NCBI GenBank assembly: GCA_965116905.1
Contig: OZ220732.1
Span: 960,001-1,024,000, forward strand
Direction: 5' to 3'
Source of the DNA: Longimicrobiales bacterium
Lineage (GTDB): Bacteria > Gemmatimonadota > Gemmatimonadetes > Longimicrobiales > Gaopeijiaceae
Length of the DNA stretch: 64,000 bases
Of the stretch, positions 1 through 9,534 are shown piece after piece. How positions within the stretch are numbered: the first letter of the stretch is position 1; each line of letters starts with the position of its first letter. The notes under the pieces are model-generated. The model was not told where the DNA came from. It made no database searches and worked only from the letters and a program-made list of their open reading frames with translations. A program made the position numbers and the translations under genes.

Positions 1-1770
1 AAGTCGTTCCAGGGCGCCGATGCACTGCTCCGGCGTTGCCTCCGAGATCTGTGCCAACTCGGCCGCGCTGGCCGTGCCCCGGAGCACCGCCAGCGCGTAC
101 AACACCTGCCTGGCGACGGCATCCAGCCCGGCCAGGTGCCGGTCGACGATGTGCTCCACCGACAATGGGACGGAGACGTCCCACTCGTCCGGTTCCGGCA
201 GTTGCTCGGGCCGGTTGGCGAGTTCCAGGACGAAGAGCGGGTTGCCGCCGGCCAGCCTGGACATCCGGGAGAGCCAGCCGTCGCCGAGAGTGATCGGAGA
301 TACCGACCGGGCCAGGCGGATCGCGTCGGTGGGGCTCAGCTCGCCGAGGCGGATGGACTCGGCGTCAGGGCTGCGCGCCAGTTCATCGGTGAAGCGGGAG
401 AGACGCCTTCTCCGGGCCAACTCTTCCGGGCGGTAGGCAACGACGAGGCTGAAGTAGCCCTGTGACCAGCGCCGGTGCAGGTACTGGAGCACCATGGCCG
501 ACTCGCTGTCGATGAAGTGGAAGTCGTCCACCACGAGCAGAATCGGCTCGGTCTTCGCCATGGTCGAAAACAGTTGGAGGAACGCATCGCCGGCGTACCG
601 GGACGGGTGGCCATCGGGCAGGGGAACGCGCCGGGGCATGTGGGTGTCCTCGGCGAACTGGGGCAGGATCGACAGCATGATGGAACGCCAGGGATTGCGC
701 ATTTCCCGCAGAAAGGGGAGCACCCAGGGCGCCTTCAGTCCCTGGGCGAGCGAACTGAGGGGGACGTCCGCAGCCAACTCCTCGGGCCGTATGCGGATCA
801 CCCGGACCTGGCGAGAGGACAGACCCTCGAGCACCTCTTCCAGGAACCTGCTCTTGCCGACTCCGGCGGCCCCGCGCACGGTGATCGTGCCCCAGGGACG
901 GACATCCGGGCTCTGCAACAGGCGCTTGGTCAGACTCGCGGTCTCGGTGTCGCGGCCAAGGAAGGGAATCTTCCTCCCACGGCTCGTGTAGGGAGCGGAG
1001 GTGAGCGGGGCGCCCTTGCCGTAGACGGCCCTGAGCGCCTTGAGGAGCGCCCTCGTCTCCGGCTGCGGCACCCAGTCGTCCTCCACAAGGGCCCGTTCGG
1101 CGAATGTCCGGTAGACGGACTCCGCCTCGCGAACCGACCCGTACTGCGCGCGGGCATGCATCGCCCTCCTGAGTGCTTCCTCCTCGTTCGGAGACAGCTT
1201 GAGGAGCGTGCCCACGGCCTCTTCGGCGACCATGCCGTCCCGGGTCAGCTCGGCGTTCTTCCAGCTCGTGTGGGCTGCGGCCTCCAGTTTGGTCTGGAGG
1301 GCGACCTGCCGGCCGCGGATCCAGTCCGAACAGGATTCGACAAACTTCTTCGGCAGCGCGGAAAGGAACCCGGATTCCAGCAATGCGGTAGCCGCCTTGA
1401 AGTCCTCCAGGCCAATCAACTCGTCGAATTCCTGCAGATCGGTGAGCACCTTTTCGGGGTGGGCCCGAACCAGTTCGCCATCGAGCGACACGACCGTGGC
1501 TCCGCACCGGTGGTTGGTCTGGTAGACCAGTTGGCTGAGCCGATGGCGCACCGCCTTCACGTCGGCTTCGCCCCAAAGAAGTCCCTGCACGGTGGAACGG
1601 GGCGTTTCCGCCGTCGGAAGCCCGTACGCGATAGCGACCAGTCCGCTCTGGAACGGCGAGAGCTTGATGGGGCTGCCGTCACGAATCACGACGGGTCCGC
1701 CGAAAAGGCGGATCACCAGCCTGGATTGTCCGTCAGCACCCTCGCCGTTTGCCACGGGTGTCCTTCTCAT
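1..1770 (-). CDS. SARP-like (wHTH/BTAD) + AAA ATPase transcriptional regulator, runs off the left edge
   Basis: Not in the ORF track; translated by hand from ATG 1770 (ATGA overlap with the AraC stop): LVIRLFGGPVV, LLWGE...RHRLSQLVYQ, FLGRDTE, Walker A GAAGVGKS, Walker B LLVVDDFH, GGNPLFVLEL. Confidence 0.85.
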   Translation of the reverse strand, partial: MRRTPVANGEGADGQSRLVIRLFGGPVVIRDGSPIKLSPFQSGLVAIAYGLPTAETPRSTVQGLLWGEADVKAVRHRLSQLVYQTNHRCGATVVSLDGELVRAHPEKVLTDLQEFDELIGLEDFKAATALLESGFLSALPKKFVESCSDWIRGRQVALQTKLEAAAHTSWKNAELTRDGMVAEEAVGTLLKLSPNEEEALRRAMHARAQYGSVREAESVYRTFAERALVEDDWVPQPETRALLKALRAVYGKGAPLTSAPYTSRGRKIPFLGRDTETASLTKRLLQSPDVRPWGTITVRGAAGVGKSRFLEEVLEGLSSRQVRVIRIRPEELAADVPLSSLAQGLKAPWVLPFLREMRNPWRSIMLSILPQFAEDTHMPRRVPLPDGHPSRYAGDAFLQLFSTMAKTEPILLVVDDFHFIDSESAMVLQYLHRRWSQGYFSLVVAYRPEELARRRRLSRFTDELARSPDAESIRLGELSPTDAIRLARSVSPITLGDGWLSRMSRLAGGNPLFVLELANRPEQLPEPDEWDVSVPLSVEHIVDRHLAGLDAVARQVLYALAVLRGTASAAELAQISEATPEQCIGALERL

Positions 1771-2630
1771 CGGGCGTTCGCAAGCGAACGCGTGGCATGC
1801 CGTCTGGCGGACGCAGGGGGTCTGGCCGCGCCTTCGGCTACGGAAGGCCGGGAACGAAGGACGTTCGACGTAACGCCGCCGCTGGCCAACTCGCGAAGCA
1901 GCCAGCACTCGAAGACCCATTCCCAGCCGTACCGCTCGCGCGCGTGCTGGGGGCGGATGCCGCAAAGGCGCTGCATCTGGTTGCTCATGGAGAAGCCGTC
2001 GGGGTAACCCAGCGAGGTGGCTACCTGGAAGAGGCTCTCGGTGGTGTTCTGCAGTCGGAGGATCACGCGCAACAGGCGCGCGATGTGAAGCCAGTGGGAC
2101 GGAACGGGAAGACCGCTGTTGAGGAGTCTGCGGCCCAGAGCCCGCCGGGACACGTAGAGGTTTCTGGCCAGTTCGGTGATGGTGCTGAGCCTGGCGCTGA
2201 GCTCGAAAATGCGTTGAATGATGTTCTTGGTGGTCGGATCCACCGAGAGACCCCGCCAGGCCATGTAGTCCGTGACACTGGACGCCAGAGAGACCGGTGG
2301 CCGGCGTATGACCTGCGCGATCTCGCGGGAACGCGGTGTCTCGTGGTAGGGCAGAACCGCCTGGGGCCTGGTCTTCTGAACGGCCCGGAGAATCGGCACC
2401 AGCGGGACGCGCTCACCGTTGTCGGGCAGAATGATCGCGAGAGCCACGCCGGCGGATCGGCTCGCGACCAACTCGGCGGCGTGGCTCCACCCGTCGGCCT
2501 CCAGGTCCCAGGCCATGATCCAGCCGCCTCCGCGCGGCCGAACCGGATCGGCGAGGTCGATTTCCTGAAGGCAGCTGTACGGTGGTCCCAACAGGGATAC
2601 CGCACTACGGCGGCTTCGGCTGTTCGGCAT
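1767..2630 (-). CDS. AraC-family HTH transcriptional regulator (start uncertain)
   Basis: TITELARNLYVSRRALGRRL and LFQVATSLGYPDGFSMSNQMQRLCGIRP double HTH. Confidence 0.85.
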   Translation of the reverse strand: MPNSRSRRSAVSLLGPPYSCLQEIDLADPVRPRGGGWIMAWDLEADGWSHAAELVASRSAGVALAIILPDNGERVPLVPILRAVQKTRPQAVLPYHETPRSREIAQVIRRPPVSLASSVTDYMAWRGLSVDPTTKNIIQRIFELSARLSTITELARNLYVSRRALGRRLLNSGLPVPSHWLHIARLLRVILRLQNTTESLFQVATSLGYPDGFSMSNQMQRLCGIRPQHARERYGWEWVFECWLLRELASGGVTSNVLRSRPSVAEGAARPPASARRHATRSLANAR

Positions 2631-2936
2631 TTTCGATGGTTGCTCCTGGCATGGGCGGTTACTTTGCCCAGTCAGGCTAGTTTGCAACCATCACTGACCG
2701 ATCACCGCCACCCCACCCCTCTTCCCACTTACAGAGACACAGGGGAGCGCGGTTGCGCTGAAAACGGGCGGGTTGCGGGTTTGTTCGGACGCCCTTCGTG
2801 TCTCGCGGTCATTGATTCCCATGCCTCGGCGTGCAACTTGCGCTCGATCCGTGAACGAATGGATCTTGCTGGCTCAAGCGTACCTTTAGTTGCCCGTCAG
2901 CCCGCCCTTGATTCCAACATTGAGTGACCGCCGAAA

Positions 2937-4556
2937 TTGCCTGAGATAGCCACAGTTTCCGCCGCCGAGCCCGACACGACGCTCCTGACCGCGCTGCGCC
3001 GCCTGAGGGGCCGCGCCACCCTTGGCGACGTCGTGTCGTCCACCGGCATGCCCGAAGACGAGGCCGAGACCACGCTCAAGGGCCTGCTCGAGACCCACAG
3101 AGGCCACCTGGAGGTCTCCGATTCGGGAGACCTCCTGTACCAGTTCGACCCCAAGCTGATCGAACGGGCCCGGGATCCCTTCGGAGTGCGTTTTCGAAGG
3201 GCCGCGTGGTCCGCGTTCAAGACCGGTTTCAAGGTCTGGACGGCCGTCATGCTGGTCGTGTATTTCGTCGTCTTCGTCGCCCTGATCATCGCGGCCATGA
3301 CCGCGAACCGGGACGGGCGCGGCATCGGCCGCCGTGGCGGTTTCGGCCTCGGGGACCTCTTCATCCTCCATTGGCTCATGGGCGGCAGGGGATGGAACCG
3401 GGGAAGCCTCTACTACGGACACAGCCACGCCAGACGGCTGCCGAAGAACGCCCGGCCTCCGTTCTACAAGAAGGTCTTCGCGTTCATCTTCGGTCCCGAG
3501 GAGCCGCAGCCCACCCAGGTGCAGAAGGACAGGAGCGCGCTCCAGCTGATTCGGGCGCGCAACGGCGTGCTTACTTCGGCCGAGCTGGTTGAACACACGG
3601 GGCTGGCACTGCCCGACGCCAACGAGGAGATGGGACGCCTCACGGGCGCCTACGGGGGCGACCCCCGGGTGTCGGAGCGGGGCGAGGTGGTCTACGCCTT
3701 CCCCGGGCTGATGAAGAGCGCCCACGGGAAGGTCAGGGCGCGTGAACCCAAGCCGGCCTGGCTTCGCCTGGAATACCCGAAGAAGCTGACCGGAAACAAC
3801 GCCGGGGCGAACTGGGGGATCGGCGCGATGAACGGCTTCAACCTGGCGGCGGCCACGGTCATCGGGCTGGGTCCGGCGCTTCAGACCACGACCGCGGCGG
3901 TGGTGCCCGTCGATCCGCTGTGGTTCTGGGGGCTCGGCGTCGTGCCGCTGGCGTTCAGCAGCATGTTCTTCGGGATACCGCTGGTGCGCTCGCTGGGGCT
4001 CAGGCGCGAGAACGCCGGACGCCTGCGCCGCAACGTCCGCCGCCTGTTGATCGGCCTGGTCTACGGCCGCAGCGTCGGAGCCGTGCGCTGGGTGACCGTC
4101 GGCGATGCGATCGGGCATGTGACGCAAAGGCTGAAGGACTGGAACGTCAGCCCGCGGGTCGTGCTCAGGGAGCTGGAGACGCTCGCCGCCGAGTTCAATG
4201 CCGATGTCGAGGCGGTCGACGACGGCTTTCGGTATCGTTTCCCCGCCGTCCGCGAGACCTTTGTCGAAGCCGAACTGACGCGCCGCGCGCTGAAGCTTCG
4301 GGACCAGAAGCTCGGCCGGATCGTGTATGCGACCGCGGACACGAGTGCGGAGGCCTCGAAGCGGGACATGGAGGCGTTCGACCGCGAACTGAAGCGGGCC
4401 GAGGTGGATGTCTCGCGCTACCTGCCGTCTCCGGGCGAGGTGGGCTACGAGGAGGACTTCGAGCTGGTGATGGAGGAGAAGAAGGCCCCCGCCCGGGTCA
4501 GGTCCCGTTCCCGGGGTCGCCCGTCCCGTCCTCGTTCTCGGCCCCAATGGCGGTAA
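2937..4556 (+). CDS. Conserved membrane protein resembling the cyanobacterial/plastid At5g03900-like family
   Basis: RATLGDVV...GHLEVSDSGDLLYQF and GGDPRVSERGEVVYAFP repeated motifs, several TM helices; family recalled from memory. Confidence 0.6.
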   Translation: MPEIATVSAAEPDTTLLTALRRLRGRATLGDVVSSTGMPEDEAETTLKGLLETHRGHLEVSDSGDLLYQFDPKLIERARDPFGVRFRRAAWSAFKTGFKVWTAVMLVVYFVVFVALIIAAMTANRDGRGIGRRGGFGLGDLFILHWLMGGRGWNRGSLYYGHSHARRLPKNARPPFYKKVFAFIFGPEEPQPTQVQKDRSALQLIRARNGVLTSAELVEHTGLALPDANEEMGRLTGAYGGDPRVSERGEVVYAFPGLMKSAHGKVRAREPKPAWLRLEYPKKLTGNNAGANWGIGAMNGFNLAAATVIGLGPALQTTTAAVVPVDPLWFWGLGVVPLAFSSMFFGIPLVRSLGLRRENAGRLRRNVRRLLIGLVYGRSVGAVRWVTVGDAIGHVTQRLKDWNVSPRVVLRELETLAAEFNADVEAVDDGFRYRFPAVRETFVEAELTRRALKLRDQKLGRIVYATADTSAEASKRDMEAFDRELKRAEVDVSRYLPSPGEVGYEEDFELVMEEKKAPARVRSRSRGRPSRPRSRPQWR

Positions 4557-5283
4557 AGGCGTCACGCCACCACGCGAGGGGCTGGGCGCCCACCAGTGGC
4601 ACCCCGTTGACCAGGAACGACGGGGTGCCCCGCACGCCGAGACGGGCTCCGGAGAGGATGCCGCTTCGGACTCTGGGCCTGGGGCGTTCCTCGGCCACGC
4701 AGGCCTGAAACTCCGCAGCGTCCACGCCGACCTCGCCAGCGAGTTGCTCGAGGGCGGCGCTCGGGTCCCCGAGGCCCTTCCAGTCCGCCTGGCGCTCGTA
4801 GAGGAGCTTGCTCATCGGCGCAAAGAGGTCCTGTTCGCCCGCGCACTCCGCCGCATAGGCCGCGGGCATGCCGTTGGCGAACATCCCGCTGACATAGGTC
4901 ACGTACTTCCAGCGAACCTGCCCGGTCTCGACGTATTCCTCCAGAAGGGTGGGGAAGGTCTCCGTGTGGAACCGGCGGCAATAGCCGCAGCCATAGTCGC
5001 TGAACTCGACCACGGCGATGGGGGCGTCCTCGGACCCGAAATCGAACCCGATCTCGCCCAGCTGGAATTCCTGGGCCGGCGGTGTGACCGTCGTGCCGCC
5101 GTCGGACAGCATCGAGGTCGGGATCGACTGGGACATGCTCCCCGATGCCGTGCCGCCGTCGCCGGCCTCCGTCCCTTCGCCTGCGTTGCCGGGAGCGCCG
5201 CCGCTGCTGCCGCCGCCCTCACACCCGAGCGTGACGAGCAGCGCAACGACGGGCGCGACCGCCTTGTTCGTTCCTGTTCTCAC
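4498..5283 (-). CDS. DsbA-family thioredoxin-fold lipoprotein
   Basis: Lipobox TLGC, EFSDYGCGYC active site, GVRGTPSFLVNG cis-Pro loop. Confidence 0.9.
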   Translation of the reverse strand: MRTGTNKAVAPVVALLVTLGCEGGGSSGGAPGNAGEGTEAGDGGTASGSMSQSIPTSMLSDGGTTVTPPAQEFQLGEIGFDFGSEDAPIAVVEFSDYGCGYCRRFHTETFPTLLEEYVETGQVRWKYVTYVSGMFANGMPAAYAAECAGEQDLFAPMSKLLYERQADWKGLGDPSAALEQLAGEVGVDAAEFQACVAEERPRPRVRSGILSGARLGVRGTPSFLVNGVPLVGAQPLAWWRDAFTAIGAENEDGTGDPGNGT

Positions 5284-6278
5284 GATTGCCGTCCTCCTGT
5301 GTCTTTCGGCGTCGCGTCGGCGATGTCCCGATCGACTCCGGCGATGTCTGCCGAACTCGAATCCTGACGCCGCCCGACCTGTTCCGCCACCCCCTCATCG
5401 TAGACGCGGCCCGCGTGCAAACGGTTGGGCACGCGTTCGCGGATCACCACGGTCTCGGTGATCTTGTCGTGGATCGCCTGCCGGTTCGGATCCCACCATA
5501 CCTGCGCGAATCCGAGCAGGCCGGTCGCGAGGCCGGCCATGTAGCCACCGGCCCGTTCGAGCGACATGTACAGCCCCAGCGGCTCGCCGTTGAGCCTCAC
5601 CACGCGCAGCCCCATGGCCTTCTTGCCTGGCGTTCGCCCCTGCCACAGGGCGAGGAAGAGGGTGAGGTAGACGGTGCCCCACCCGAACACCAGGCCGGCT
5701 TCGTCGGCGGCGTCGCGGACCCAGGTGAAGAGGGTGGACCGCGACTCGGCCTCGGCCAGTTGCTCGCGCAGGTCGTCGTTCTCCTCGCGGCTGTCGGCGA
5801 GGTCGTCTTCAAGGTCGTCCACGCGGACGAGCAGCGCGGCGACGCCGTCGTCGATGCCCACCGCCGCGTCGGTTTGCTGCGGTGCGGCGTCCTCTGCCGG
5901 CGGTGTGCTCAAGCCGCCCACGGCCGCGGGCACGGCCACCTCGCCGTCCGGTTCCCCGATCATGCGTATCAGGGGCGGCATGACCGTGGTGACCCCGATG
6001 GCGACCACGAAGACCATCGCTCCCGCGCACCCCAGCGCGAACTTCTGCCCGCGCGTCGCGGTCGCGCCCTCCGTGCGCCTTGTCGCCATTCGCAGGAGCA
6101 CCAGGCCCGCGATCCCTCCCAGGACCCGCCAGCCGAGCAGTTGCAGGAACCCGATGAGGACCAGGTCCAGGAGCAGGGCGACCAGGCGGCGCCAGGGTTC
6201 CGCGAGCGGCGTCCCGAGAAGGTCGGGGGTGACCGAAAACGCGTCGGGCGTGACGATCGACCTCGGGTCGCCGTTCAT
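5280..6278 (-). CDS. RDD-family membrane protein
   Basis: LAEPWRRLVALLLD, GRTPGKKAMGLRVV, RQAIHDKITETVV. Confidence 0.9.
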   Translation of the reverse strand: MNGDPRSIVTPDAFSVTPDLLGTPLAEPWRRLVALLLDLVLIGFLQLLGWRVLGGIAGLVLLRMATRRTEGATATRGQKFALGCAGAMVFVVAIGVTTVMPPLIRMIGEPDGEVAVPAAVGGLSTPPAEDAAPQQTDAAVGIDDGVAALLVRVDDLEDDLADSREENDDLREQLAEAESRSTLFTWVRDAADEAGLVFGWGTVYLTLFLALWQGRTPGKKAMGLRVVRLNGEPLGLYMSLERAGGYMAGLATGLLGFAQVWWDPNRQAIHDKITETVVIRERVPNRLHAGRVYDEGVAEQVGRRQDSSSADIAGVDRDIADATPKDTGGRQS

Positions 6279-6307
6279 CGGATCGTCATGGGCCCGTCAT
6301 CGGCCTG

Positions 6308-6766
6308 TCATCGCCGGCGGAGGATGCCGCCCAGGATCAGGCCGGCGGCCACTCCCGCCAGAGCGGTGACGACCAGGAGGGTCTCCAGGCTGCGGGTCGG
6401 GGTGGCGGGTGCGTCCGCGGTGGCGGGGTCGCGCGTGGCGGGGTCGTGCGCGGCGGAGTCGCCGCCGGCGGCGGGTGGTTCCACGATGGTGGGGTCAAGC
6501 GCCGCTTCCTCCAGGCGGGCAAGAACGTGCTCCCTGTCGTCCTCGAGTCCGCAGGCCGGACACGTTACGAAGCCGCGTTCGCGCGCGGTGCGGTTCGTGA
6601 ACGCGAGTTCGCCGTCGCCGCGGGGGCACGGCAGGCCTGCAGGGAGCGGGGCAATGATCTCGTACAGAGTCCCCTTCGACAGATCCAGTTCCCGCGCCAG
6701 CTGGTTCACACCGGCATCGGAGTTCCAGTACCGCTCGTTCGCCTGCGTGACCACGTCGTCCGTCAT
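6308..6766 (-). CDS. Hypothetical protein: HTH-like N-terminus, Cys motifs, C-terminal TM helix
   Basis: VNQLARELDLSKGTLYEII, CPRG...CPACG, hydrophobic C-terminus; ATG at 6766. Confidence 0.65.
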   Translation of the reverse strand: MTDDVVTQANERYWNSDAGVNQLARELDLSKGTLYEIIAPLPAGLPCPRGDGELAFTNRTARERGFVTCPACGLEDDREHVLARLEEAALDPTIVEPPAAGGDSAAHDPATRDPATADAPATPTRSLETLLVVTALAGVAAGLILGGILRRR

Positions 6767-6917
6767 ATGTTTCCAGGCACTTGGGAGTTCGTCGACCGCG
6801 CTGCCCATATCGAGGGGGAGCGCTACCCATAAAGGTACAGCGGGCGATACGATGTATACACGGGGCGGCGTGGCGCCGTTCGTCCAGCCCCGGGCACGCC
6901 AGCCGGCAAGGGGAAGC

Positions 6918-7175
6918 ATGCGCTCAAGAGCGAAGGTCATCGGGAGCCTGGAACGGGTCTACCGGGAAGCATTCGAAAAGGCGGCCGAGTCGAAGGACCA
7001 GGCACGTATGGACCGGCTCGATTTCGGCTTTCAGAGGGACCAGGTCCTCCTTGAGGCGTTGCTCGATGTGCGCGAGTGTCTGGTCGGCTTGCGCCGCGAC
7101 GAGGCCCCTGACGAGCCCAGTCTGCTGGACAAGGCCATGGCCATCCGCAACCTCACGAGGCTGAGGCCGCGGTGA
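6918..7175 (+). CDS. Small hypothetical protein (85 aa)
   Basis: MRSRAKVIGSLERVYREAF...; purine-rich upstream, stop overlaps the next GTG (GTGA). Confidence 0.7.
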   Translation: MRSRAKVIGSLERVYREAFEKAAESKDQARMDRLDFGFQRDQVLLEALLDVRECLVGLRRDEAPDEPSLLDKAMAIRNLTRLRPR

Positions 7176-7723
7176 AGATCTATACACGGCGCGGCGACAG
7201 CGGCAGCACCGGCCTGTTCGGAGGCGGGAGGACGAGCAAGGACGACGTGCGGGTTGAAGCGTACGGCACCGTGGACGAACTGAACGCGGTCATCGGCAGT
7301 GCGCTCAACCACGTCATGGAGCCGGCAATCGGGCGGCGCCTGAAGCGCGTTCAGTCCGACCTCTTCGCGATCGGCGCCCATCTTGCCACTCCGCCTCCCA
7401 CTGGACGGCGGCGGCCCCCCGAGCTGCCGGAGCTGCCGGTGGAGCGCGTCGCGGCCATGGAATCGTGGATCGACGAGGCGATGTCCGCCACGCCGGCACT
7501 GCGCAACTTCATCCTTCCGGCGGGCAATCCCGGCGCCAGCGGGCTGCACGTGGCCCGAGCGGTCTGCCGAAGAGCCGAGAGGCGCGTTGTGACGCTGGCC
7601 GCCTCCTCGCACGTCGCCCCCGAGATCGTCCGGTACCTGAACCGGTTGTCCGACTACCTCTTTGCCGCGGCTCGCCGGGAAAACGCTGCCGCCGGTGAGA
7701 CGGACATCGAATGGCAGGCATGA
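7172..7723 (+). CDS. pduO: PduO-type cob(I)alamin adenosyltransferase
   Basis: KIYTRRGDSG, EAYGTVDELN, VCRRAERR, YLNRLSDYLF. Confidence 0.95.
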   Translation: MKIYTRRGDSGSTGLFGGGRTSKDDVRVEAYGTVDELNAVIGSALNHVMEPAIGRRLKRVQSDLFAIGAHLATPPPTGRRRPPELPELPVERVAAMESWIDEAMSATPALRNFILPAGNPGASGLHVARAVCRRAERRVVTLAASSHVAPEIVRYLNRLSDYLFAAARRENAAAGETDIEWQA

Positions 7724-8571
7724 CCGGGCCGGTGATCCACGAACGGGGCGAGACCACGCCGCCCCACGGCGACGTCATCCGCCTCGACGTCCGCCGCCCG
7801 GCTCGCGGCGAGCCCCGCACGGCTGTCCTGGTCGCCCACGGCTTCAAGGGGTTCAAGGACTGGGGATTCTTCCCCTGGCTCTGTGAGCGGCTCGCGCAGG
7901 ACGGGCACCTGGTCGTGTCGTTCAACTTCTCGCTCAACGGCACGGGACCGGAGCTGCTCGAGTTCACGGATCTCGACGCCTTCGGCCGCAATACGCTGTC
8001 CCGCGAACTGGACGATCTGCGCTGGATGGTGGACCGGATGCGTGCCGGCGACTGGAGCGATGGGACGGCGCAAGAGTCGGTGGGGCTTCTCGGTCACAGC
8101 CGCGGCGGGGGCACGGGCTTGATCACGGCTGCCGAGCACCAGGGAGTGTCCGCGCTCGTGACGTGGGCCGCGGTCGCGACGTTCCACCGCTGGAGCGAGC
8201 AGCAGGTGGCGGATTGGATGTCAAGGGAGGTGACCTGGGTATCCAACGCCCGCACCGGACAGGAAATGCCAATGTACAGGACCTTCTGGGAGGACCTGGG
8301 GGACAATCGGGCACGGCTGGACGTGCTTGCCGCGGCGGCGCGGGTGCGCGTGCCCTGGCTCATCGTCCACGGTTCCGAGGACTCGACGGTCCCCGTCGCG
8401 GAAGCCCGGCAGTTGCACGAGTCGGGGTCGGCCTCGTCGCTGCGGGTCGTCGACGGTTCCGGCCATGCCTTCGAGGCCGTTCACCCGCCAAAGGAGGCCA
8501 CTCCCGGCCTGAATGCGGCGGTTGACGCCTCCCTGCTGCACTTTCGGGAATCTCTTCGCGGCGGCCGGTAG
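7720..8571 (+). CDS. Alpha/beta-fold hydrolase
   Basis: HGFKGFKDWG, GHSRGG nucleophile elbow, HGSED, GSGH. Confidence 0.9.
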   Translation: MTGPVIHERGETTPPHGDVIRLDVRRPARGEPRTAVLVAHGFKGFKDWGFFPWLCERLAQDGHLVVSFNFSLNGTGPELLEFTDLDAFGRNTLSRELDDLRWMVDRMRAGDWSDGTAQESVGLLGHSRGGGTGLITAAEHQGVSALVTWAAVATFHRWSEQQVADWMSREVTWVSNARTGQEMPMYRTFWEDLGDNRARLDVLAAAARVRVPWLIVHGSEDSTVPVAEARQLHESGSASSLRVVDGSGHAFEAVHPPKEATPGLNAAVDASLLHFRESLRGGR

Positions 8572-8685
8572 TGGAGAGCGTCAGGGTTGCGACCCGGGTA
8601 CCATTCGACAATCATTCTCGACGGTTGCCGAGTCCCGTCGAAGGACAGACAGGATGACCAGAAACAAAACATCCAGAGGTGTCTG

Positions 8686-8919
8686 GTGACATACATCATT
8701 ACCGAGCCCTGCATCGGAACGAAGGATGCGAGTTGCGTCGAGGTCTGCCCGGTCGATTGCATCTATGAGACCGAGGACCAGTACCTCATTCACCCCGACG
8801 AGTGCATCGACTGCGGTGCCTGCGAGCCGGAGTGTCCCGTTCAGGCGATCTTCCCGGACACCGATGTCCCGCCCGAATGGAACGACTACATCGAGAAGAA
8901 CATCTCCTACTTCGAATAG
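8686..8919 (+). CDS. Dicluster (7Fe-type) ferredoxin
   Basis: GTG start after [21 protein letters not shown] and [12 protein letters not shown]. Confidence 0.93.
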   Translation: MTYIITEPCIGTKDASCVEVCPVDCIYETEDQYLIHPDECIDCGACEPECPVQAIFPDTDVPPEWNDYIEKNISYFE

Positions 8920-8994
8920 GTCCGGGCCACACGCGCGGCGCGGCCCGTGAAAGCGGGGGCGGCCCGAGACTTGGGCGCGGCCCCGTGAAACGCA

Positions 8995-9035
8995 CAAGGG
9001 GGGCGACCGGTGACCGGTCACCCCCCTTGCTTTTT
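8995..9035 (+). terminator. Rho-independent terminator after the ferredoxin gene
   Basis: Stem caaggggggcgaccgg-tga-ccggtcaccccccttg followed by cttttt. Confidence 0.8.
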
Positions 9036-9133
9036 GCTTCGGGTTCGCTCGGGGATGGGATCTTCCATCCCTGGCAGAACCGCCCGGCCTGCGTTGGCGC
9101 GACGCTGCACGGGCTCCGGTTCGCCAGAGATCT

Positions 9134-9313
9134 CTAGATCCCCAACTCCCTCAGCTTCTCCAGCCGGATCTTCCCGGGAATGGTCTCGCCGGGCGGAACC
9201 CTGTCGAGCTTGGTCTCGACGGGCTCCGGCTTTTGATTGCCCTGCCGGAGAAGCGCGACGCCCGCGGCCATCAGAGCGGCCGCACCAAGCAGGTTGACAG
9301 TGGACTTTCGAAT
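9134..9313 (-). CDS. Unannotated 59-aa small membrane/secreted protein with an ATT start
   Basis: AGGAGG (9324-9319), 5 nt, then ATT; (M)RKSTVNLLGAAALMAAGVALLRQGNQKPEPVETKLDRVPPGETIPGKIRLEKLRELGI*; no in-frame upstream ATG/GTG/TTG before the stop at 9422-9424. Confidence 0.6.
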   Translation of the reverse strand: MRKSTVNLLGAAALMAAGVALLRQGNQKPEPVETKLDRVPPGETIPGKIRLEKLRELGI

Positions 9314-9377
9314 CGCTCCCTCCTGTTGTCCAGAGTGTGAATGCCGATATCCTTCACGCGAACGACATATAATATCG

Positions 9378-9392
9378 GCAATATCCGTGCCA
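9378..9392 (-). promoter_or_regulatory. Sigma54 (-24/-12) promoter
   Basis: Minus strand TGGCACGGATATTGC matches TGGCAC-N5-TTGC. Confidence 0.7.
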
Positions 9393-9534
9393 ATGGTCTC
9401 GCCAGTGGGTGCGGACAGGACTCAACGTCCGCTCCTTCATGGATTTATCTGCGGTCTTGACGAAACGGGGCCGGGCGGCCGCCGCGCCGCTGCAGGCTGT
9501 TCCGTGTCCCACTTTCCTGACGAGCAAACGAAAA

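Noticed and set aside
6767..7171. Cobalamin riboswitch upstream of pduO
   Set aside because: No B12-box recognised; the space is occupied by a small CDS and a short divergent promoter region.
8936..8993. GCGCGGCCC(C)GTGAAA x2 as an ncRNA or REP element
   Set aside because: Only two short copies next to a terminator; consistent with the local duplications common in this window.
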